From Elusimicrobiota bacterium (GTDB taxonomy: Bacteria > Elusimicrobiota > Elusimicrobia > F11): DNA of 64,000 nt. Where the stretch lies: assembly GCA_044221725.1 (NCBI GenBank), contig JBGAON010000004.1, forward strand, positions 221,019 through 285,018, read 5' to 3'. The notes below the pieces were generated by a model, which was not told where the DNA came from, did not search any database, and saw only the letters and a list, made by a program, of their open reading frames with translations. Below are positions 24,497 to 33,400 of the stretch, one piece after another (position 1 is the first letter of the stretch; the number at the start of each line of letters is the position of its first letter). Both the position numbers and the translations under genes were made by a program.

Positions 24497-27400
24497 ATGC
24501 GAAGGTTCTTCCCTTTCCGTCGATCTTTTACGTTTTTTTTGGCCATGGTTATGTTCGCCACAAATGTTGTTTGGGCCCACCGCTTGCCTCTGGAAGCCGT
24601 CAATTCGCGCATAACGGTGCCAAACGAAATGGGTATCGTTCGCAATGTTTTCCCAGCGCTCCGTGCCAAACCCGCCAAAGGGATTGTTGTCCATATCCAA
24701 GATATTCACCGTCAAGCCGAAGCACAAGCAAACATCAGTCGCGCGCTCCAATATTTGTTCACGCATTCCAATGTTGGTTTCGTTGGAATCGAAGGCGCTT
24801 TTTCGGAGGTAGAGACGAAGCCATTCCGGAAACATTCGAACCAGCACGATCGGGCCATTGTCGCCGATTCTCTTTTGACCGATCAGAAAATCGCGGGCCC
24901 GTTGCATGCGGCGTTCGTCGGTTCGCCCGATATCCCGTTTATTGGCATTGATAACAGTGCGCTGTACGAAAGGAATCGGCGCGCGTTTCTCATCGCGTCA
25001 CGGCATAAATGCGTTTTGCAAGCCGAGGTTCGCGCGCAGCAAGCAAAGCTCGAGATTCAAAAGCGTCTGACGTTTAACCGGAAGATGCGGGAATTCGATG
25101 CAGCGGTTTCAACATACGACAACGGCCACATGTCGGCGGCGCAGTTCGTTCGCGTGCTCCAGCGAGCGCGCGCGCCGCTCACACCGTTGTTAAATAATTT
25201 TCTCAAAGGAGTATATCTCGAAACCGTTTTGCCGTTGGACGGCGTCACGAAAGATCGCGCCATGGCACTGGCCTATATCAATTACCGCCGCTCCGCGCAG
25301 GGCATCGACATTCGCCAACTTATGTCCGACATCGAATCCGCCAAAAAATCCACCTACGCCGCGTTGTGCAAATCTCAGCGCGAGCACAAAATGCTGGCGG
25401 TCCATCGGCGACTCTATTTGTTGAGGAAACTGGTTGACTTTTCGTTATCACGGGAAGAGTGGAAGGAATGGCAAAAGGTGCAGCGCACTTCGTGCGGTCT
25501 CCTACGAAAGCGTTCCGAAGCCAATCTGAGTTCTTTTGAGGATTTTTACCGGCAGGCCGAATCCCGGGACAATGCCATGGCGGAAAAATTTCTGGAAGAG
25601 ATACAGCGTACGAAGCACGCGGTACGCGGTACCTTTGTCTTAGTGACAGGAGGTTTCCATGCCGATGGCATTGACGCGGTCTTGCGCGACGCGGGTTACG
25701 AAGTCGTTGCATTCGTGCCGCGTGTTTCCAAACCAGATATAAGCGCGTCGTACTTGAACGCATTTCTCCGCGAGCAAACGCCGCTTGAAAAGCTCTTCCA
25801 CGGTGAAAGGTTGTTCCTTGCTGAACGGGTCGCCACAACCGAACAGAATGTTGAAGCGGGAATGTTGCTCATGGCGCAAGCTGTTTTCTCGCGTCGGTTG
25901 TCCTTTGTGCAGGCGTCGCAGCTTTTTGAACGAATCATGCGTTCGTTCCGGCAACCTATTGAAGTAAAGCTCCGCGTTCTTCATTCCGATTCAACGGCGA
26001 TCGCCGGACAAATCGAGCGAACCGGCTGGTTGTCCGCTCGTTTTCGAATTTCGCGAGATGAAAATATGCTTCACCTGGATTGGGTGAAACGCTCTGCGGT
26101 TGTTGGCGTTGTGACGCTTTTCGCTTTTGCTGTTGGGCGTCGACTGGTATTAACGATCGATGGCGCCACGCTCGCACAAATTTCCTGCGTCGTGCTGCTG
26201 GCGGCCGCCGTCCTTGTCCTGACCATAATGGTGGTGTGGTTTCCACCGCGCGGACCGCAAATGGCATTGGCCGGAGCGAGTAAGCTATTGCCAGTACGAA
26301 TTTCCGATTTGGTTGGAAAGACCAGTGAAGAGCTGGCAACAACGTGGGCGTCTGTTTTTGGTGAAAGTGACAAACAAGACACATCACGATCGCGAGAAAC
26401 ATCGACCCAGTCTGCGTGGCACGACATTCAAATCGATAACGCCGCAATCCAACAACATCTGAAGCGGTACCGTGCAATTGTCACGACGTTGGAAAATTAT
26501 CTTAAGCAACATACCGCAAAAAAAATGCCGGATTTGGAGCAAGCCTTAAAAGACGCTGGCGTTAATGAACACTATCCGGATTTTCATCTCAGCGAATGGA
26601 CGGCCGCGCTGCCGACGCTCGATGTTGATCGAATTCTCGCAAACGTCTTTGACGATCTTGAAGAGCAAATCTGCTATCCACGCGGGTTTTCGGTGGATGG
26701 GCCAACGAACATGTTTCGGCTGTCGCGTTGGAAAGAGATTGTCACGCCGCTCGGACGTAAGATTCGCCTTTATGAAGTCGACTTGGGTTCGTTGCAAATT
26801 GGCTCGACGCTCACGAACCGATACCGCGCGCATTCGATTATCGCGGTTTCCGGTCTGCGCAACGAGTTCTTAAGAAAAATGCGTACGAATCGATCGCCTT
26901 ACATTGACACGTTAAAGAACACAAGTGGGTTCGAGGACTATGACCCGGATGCTGTTATCAACGATGCGTACGGAAACAGTTCCGATATGGAGGCCATTTT
27001 GCAAATGCATCCTTATCTGCGGACTGGCAACTGGCGTGGAGCGGTGCTAAAAGATTCCGGCGTCTTGAAAAGCGCGGCGATCGGAGACCCGTCGTTATGG
27101 ACGGTCGCGGCCCGCGTGCTGTTCCATGTCTTCTCGCAACCGCGCAAATTCAATCTGGCGCTCCTGCTCGATGGCTTGAATAACATGCGGTCCATTCTGC
27201 CGCGCGATTATCTTTTCGCCGAGCCGTTGTTGAGAATTATGTGGCCGGACTGGGATGGAAAAGGCAATGCGATTGATGTGTTGGAAGAGCACTTTCGTCG
27301 AAATCCGCCCGCGTTCGCGATGGTCGTTAAAGAGGCGATTCTGGATTACTACAGACAAGAACTTCCGTCTGAAGAAGAGCTGGCCAGATTGGTTACCACC

Positions 27401-30400
27401 ACCGAGCGCGTGTATTTTCCTCGACTTCAACGTGCTTATGAGCAGATGGTCCTGATGGCGTCCCACCCGAAACCGGACCCCGCGCGGCAATTGGCTTCCG
27501 AGAATGAATTCCTGCCAGCGTTGCTGGATTCGTTGCGAATGGTGGCCGCGAATAACACCATCCAGCCATTGGAAAATCTTTTGCCGATGGACGAGACTCT
27601 GATGTCTCCGTGGGACAAGGTGCAGTGGCAACGAACCCTCACTTTGCTCCGACGAGCGATTAATTGGTGGAGCGGCCGAGAGGCGGATGGCTATCAGGCC
27701 ATCTATTCGTTTCGTGTGTTGCTGGCCACGATCAACGAATTGTGGTTAATCCCGCGACGCGAGTTGCTTGTCGGAATCGACACAAACGGTTCTATTGATA
27801 TCCCCAACGAGCGGTTTGCCGTCGGTGCTATCGTTGGTGATGAGTTGCCGAGCACAACGGTCGACAATTTTTCGTTACGCACGTTTCTTGTCGATTTGCC
27901 CGACGCGCTTGCGAATACTTTATCGTACGGCGTATTCGTGGTGGATCTGCGGCCGGCTCCGTCGTACGTGGTCGCTGATCGGAAGTCCGCTGCAAAATTT
28001 ATTCGTGATTTTCAGTCCGATCCCGAAGTGATTGCCATTGCTACTCGGTGGGCGACGGAACGTGGTCTCGTGGTGGACAATGCGGCAACAGTTTATCTGG
28101 TTGCGCTTCAGCAATTCTATTTCCTGAACTATTTGTTTGTGTGGTGGCTTCAGCAGGCACACAATCGATATCTCCATCACTGGGCCGTGTTGCCCGCCGC
28201 AGCGCTGTGCGCTATTCCGTCGAATATCGTTTTGGCGTTGCCAACCCTCTGGGCGTTGGAGAAAAACCGTGCATTCGACCAAGTGCGCGGATACACAAGC
28301 CCAGAATTTATCCTGGGTTTGGAAAGGATTTATGCGGCGTTTGCCGACGCGTTCGGAATAAAGGTGGATATTCGACGAGATGGTCCGGCAGAAGTGACCC
28401 GGGCTTTGGAAGCAAGCAAAGAAAACCCGTTGCGAAGGATGACGCAGGCCGCCGCGCTGAAATTAGCCGAAATCGGTCACCTACCAAAAATAGGATTTTC
28501 TGCCTGGCCTGCCGTGGTGGCGGCATTCGCCCCCCTATCGCCAACAATAGTTAAGGTCCATTTGCAGATTGTGAATGAGCGGGATATTCCGGCGCCCACA
28601 CCGCCGACCCGAATTTACGCGATGGCGGCGGCGTCTCGTTCCGCTCCGGAGCTGGAGACAGTGTCGCGCTCGCAGGTCCATTCGCAGGGGGTCACCATGC
28701 GTATCGTTGATGAGCTAAGCTTTCTTCTGAACGATATTGCGACCGTCGGTGATGTCGACGTCGACATCGCAAAAAAAGAGGATAAGGCATCCGAAAAAAA
28801 TCAGGTTGCCTATATCACGGACGAACACGGAAGCGACAGGCTCGTGATCAAAGTGGGCACTGCGTTCGCAAGCAAAAACGACGACGAGACCGTGTTGGCG
28901 GTTCTTACCCGGGTTCGAACACAAATATCAAACGCGCTCCAATCCCCCTATCAGCAATTGCCCGTTTTGCTGCACGGTGCCATCAATAGGCTTTTCGAAA
29001 ATGCGGACCAACCGTTTGAGGTTTTTGGACCAGCGATAAATACGTTCCCATCCGGAGAAAGAAAAAAACTTCGATGGTTGGATAAAGAGCTGGGAAAAGC
29101 ATGCGCTGTGTGGATGCCGCAAACAAAACAAAATAGATTTTTGTTGGCATCGTTTGCCGCGCGTTGGCTCAATGAAAACCACCTGCTCGATCGTGCGCAT
29201 ATTCTTGTTCCATTGGGCGAAAAGCGTGCAGGCGTTCCGCATTTTCTTTATTTGCCTGTTGCGTACGCCGCCGGCCATTTTGCCGGGCGGCCTGTCTGTT
29301 ACGTTTCTAATCTTGAAACAGGTGTGGCGGTGAATGCCACGCTAAATTCCGCGTTGCATCTGATCATTATTTCGACGGATCAGATTCCAATCGAACGCGA
29401 TGAGTACCATCGCAAAATAAAGGAACTTCCGGTGAAGCCCGATAATCGCCTGGCCGCGGTGAGTTTCATTCTTGCGGGCGTTCTTCTAAAAGATGCAACA
29501 GAAAAAATGTCATCGCTGGAAAAGCGCCGGTTTTATGATGAAGCTTTTTACTCACTGAGCACCGGTCGGCACGGTCTGGCCGGCATCGATGACGCGCAGG
29601 CCAATTTCGCGCTTTCATACTTCTTGATCCCTTCGTTGGGCCAAAACAAAAGTCTGCTCGGTTATTCTCTCGTTATTTGGTCGCTGGTGTTGCTTCATCA
29701 TGTGGTACACAAAGAGGATCAGTCGATTCACACGTTTGCAAAGCAGATCGGCTCTGTCGCGCAAATATTGAATGAAATGCTCGGTGGGGTCGTCGCTGGT
29801 ACGTCCTCGGCGGAATCGATGCTGCACGCGATGGGCCACGTCGATGACGGTGCCCTCGTCGCGCTCGGTGATAAACTGGCTGCGAAATTGGATCCGTTGT
29901 TGCAACGGTACGGAATGCACGCCGACGTCGCTGAAGCGCAAGCTTTGTTCGCGAAAACAACCGTCGTCAAAATTGCCGGTGCCGATAACAAGTCGTTGCC
30001 GGTTGTGGGCTTCGCGCCGATTCTTTCCCCGGCGGCCCCGTCGTTGCACACAACGCAGCACGATTATAAGAAGGATCAGGACCCGGAAAAGAAAAAGAAG
30101 AAACAGCCGGAGAGTAAAATTACCGACCGGGTTTTACCGGAAAAGATATCTGAGGATATTCAGGCACTTGCGATGTTCGCAGGTCCGAACGAATCGGATT
30201 GGCCGGCCGTCGCAATTGATTATGGTCTCGATTATTCGGCTCAAGACCTCCACGAGTTGTACGGACTTTACACAGAAGATCACCGCTTCGAAGGCTTGCG
30301 TTCGGAGTATCCTGGGCACGAAACGATTGCAGCGTTGATTGGTGTGTTTGGATTCAATGCCGAAGAAATTGGAAAACACCGGCACGTTGCAGCAGGAACT

Positions 30401-33400
30401 GCTCATACGTGGTTCACTGATTTTGTGCGAAATATTTACCGCAAAAATCCCAACGTCACAACTTGGACCAATGATGAATGCGGCGGGCACGCAGCGGAGG
30501 CTCAAGAGATTTTCCGCACGGAACCCAATCTCGAATCGCTTCGGTACGAAGCGCCTGGCGCGAGAGATTTGGTGGCGCTGGCAAAGGCATCCGAATTCGA
30601 TGCCGATAAATTCGCCGTGCTGCGAGGAAAAGGAGTATCGACAAAAAAGGCTCATCGATGGCTTCGCGAATACGTGGAGGACCGGTACAACCGAGACGGT
30701 CACAATATATTGCCGTGGGAGACGGATCCTGATTTTGGCAAGCCAGCCATAAAATTCTTTCTTAACGATCCTGAATTGGCGCTCGCGCGTGTTCTGCAAC
30801 CCGGTAATAAAGATATGTTGGCACTGCTGATGCAAACGAAAGCCAACGCGAACGCAATCGCAACGCTCCGTGGAGCCAATGTCAAAGACGTTCGTGGTTG
30901 GATCACAAATTTTTTGATCAACGATCCGGTTTGCCGCGGTCGCGTGAAAGAAATGGCTCTGAAATGCGGCCTCACCGTGGATGAAATAAGCCAAGGTCTC
31001 CTTGATTCAAAATTGGAAGACGTCGCGCTAAAAGTGCGCCAGCAACGCCCCACCGAGGACCAATTGAGGTCGATCATTCAATTGCTGAAAGGGAGTCTCG
31101 TCGCGGTAGCCGATGCGTACGACGTGGAACCGATTGTTGTGTACAAATGGGTTCACGATCCGGCGTTCTCGAATTGCGCGGCGAATTATCGGGATAAATA
31201 TTTCAATGACGACAAAGTTGTCGGCCGTTGGCGAACCTTTTATCGCGGAAATCTCAAGCCGGTGGCTCACGCGTTGGGTTGGTCCGAAGCGCAGATTGAT
31301 CACCTCAACAAAAAGAAAATGGCATCCCTCGCGCTTCGCCGCGCCCAAGGGCTTGGGCTCGACATGTTGCGGATTTTGGATGCTCTGTATAACAACGCTG
31401 AATTGCGTAACGATCGAGCAGAGATTCTTACCTGGCTCGCTGCTCACTGCGACGATTTGTTTAGACGAAACGAATTGGGGCAACCGGAAATTCACCAACA
31501 AGTCGGAAGTATTGTTGCGCCTATCGCGTGGCCAGACGAACGCCACAAAATTGAACGCGCTTACAAAATAACCGCTTTTTCGGTGGCCGGTTACAAAGAC
31601 GCACCGAACTTTTCAATCGCGGCCGACAACGTTGCGTTTGATTTCGTCGTTGAATCCAATGCGTTTCCATTTTTGCATTGGACTCGGCTCATCGTACAAG
31701 GCGGCGTTCCGTCCACAATTGAAGTCGAGGCGTTGCCCGACAACAAATGGCGTATCAGTGGGTCGGTGCTTCTTACGGATCGTAAGCCCGGCGCGGTGAG
31801 CGACCTTCGATTTTGTCTCGTCGACGATTCCATTGACGCATCGGGCCCGGTGTTCGGTCCGATTGCTTCAGCAACAGTACGATACGTCGGCGAGGACAAG
31901 TTGAACCGCACAAGCGCGCGCGTGCAATTGGAGTTCTGGCAAGACCGGCTTGTGCCGCGCACAGAGAACGATCGTTCTCGCGTGATCCGAAAACTAAAAG
32001 AAAACGTCGAGCGTATCCTCATGGCCGATTTTCAAGAAGACCGCACCAGGGGTTTCGCCGAATTGGATCGGCTTATCGAAATTCAACGCGCGGACGTTCG
32101 GCTCTACATGGATGAAAACAACGTGCTTGGCCCCAATCGAGATCATGTGAATTATTTTTATATCGAAGGTAATGAAACAGTGGGACGGCTTAAAGCTGTT
32201 GAGCCGGACACCGCATTGGGTTTCGATCGTAACTTTGAAGCGCTGGTGGACGCGTTGCGCATCCTGCTGGAAATTCGTTCAGAATGGATTGATGTGGAAT
32301 CTTTCAAATTACCGGAATTGAAAGCGGGCATTGAGCATAGTTATCCGCAAAGAGTGGCGGCCGTAAAACTGTTTAAAAAAGTGACCGGCGCGATGGTGGA
32401 CGTCAATGTGGGCGAAGAGCTCGTGGTCGCTGGCCTTGCTGTTGATCGTATGGCGCATGGTTTGTCCGCGATGGACATCCCAGCCGGTGGACACGCGGTC
32501 ATTGTCGTTAACCCGTTGCACAAAAACAAATGGATCAAAGCATTTGAATCTTATGAGCGGCCTACGAGATTTCTCGATTTAACCGGAAAAACAGCCGAGC
32601 GCACAAAGGCGTTAAAGAAATTTGAGAGCGATGCGACAACGCCGCACGTTATTTTCGTTACCCAAGATTATTTGAGATCGCTTGAAAAGGGCCGCACGTC
32701 TCATCCCGCGGTGTCGTTGATTCGCACCAATTTATGCGTCGTTGTTATTACGGGCGCGCAAACGTTGGGCGCATCGGATTCCACTCTCGCCGAGTCTGTC
32801 CGCAAATTTGTGCCGACAGATAAGCGCGTGCCGGTGGTTATTGTCGCCTCTCCAGCGGCGCAGCACGAACTTGGGGCGCTTGACCGCGTGTTGGCTTTTA
32901 TTCGCGAGATGACGGGACTTACAGTCGGGCGTAGAAGCATTAAAGCGGCGTCCGATATTTTGAAGCCGCAGCGCCTGGCGGGCTTGCAAGATTTGCTGAA
33001 CGAACGGCTCGTTTATCTCGATCCGCAAAAAATCTTTAAACCGTTCTCGTCGGAACATCCACACGAAGCGGATCGAATGCCCGAGATTGTCTACGAAACC
33101 AAAACTTACGAGATGCCGTTGTCATTGATGACACGATTGCTTGGTGTGCGCGCCGATCCTGCCAACAAAAAAAGCTACGTGCTCGGAGAAAACAAGCTGC
33201 GCGATGTGCTCGGCGATTTGTCCATTGAAAATTTAAAAATAGGATTGCTTCGTGATGTGATCGAAGAAGAGCGGCAGCACCACGGTCAAGCCAAAGTGGC
33301 GGTCGTTACACGCCGTCAAGATACAGTGGCGCACATCCTCGCCACGTTTGGCGATGCTGCGGTAGGGCTCGCCGAAGAAGCGACAATTCGGAAGGTTCAG

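Noticed and set aside
30134-30994. 286-aa minus-strand ORF inside the giant gene
   Set aside because: It is antisense to the HTH-module region, where the plus-strand frame shows clear periodic protein-level repeats. The minus-frame product has no features.
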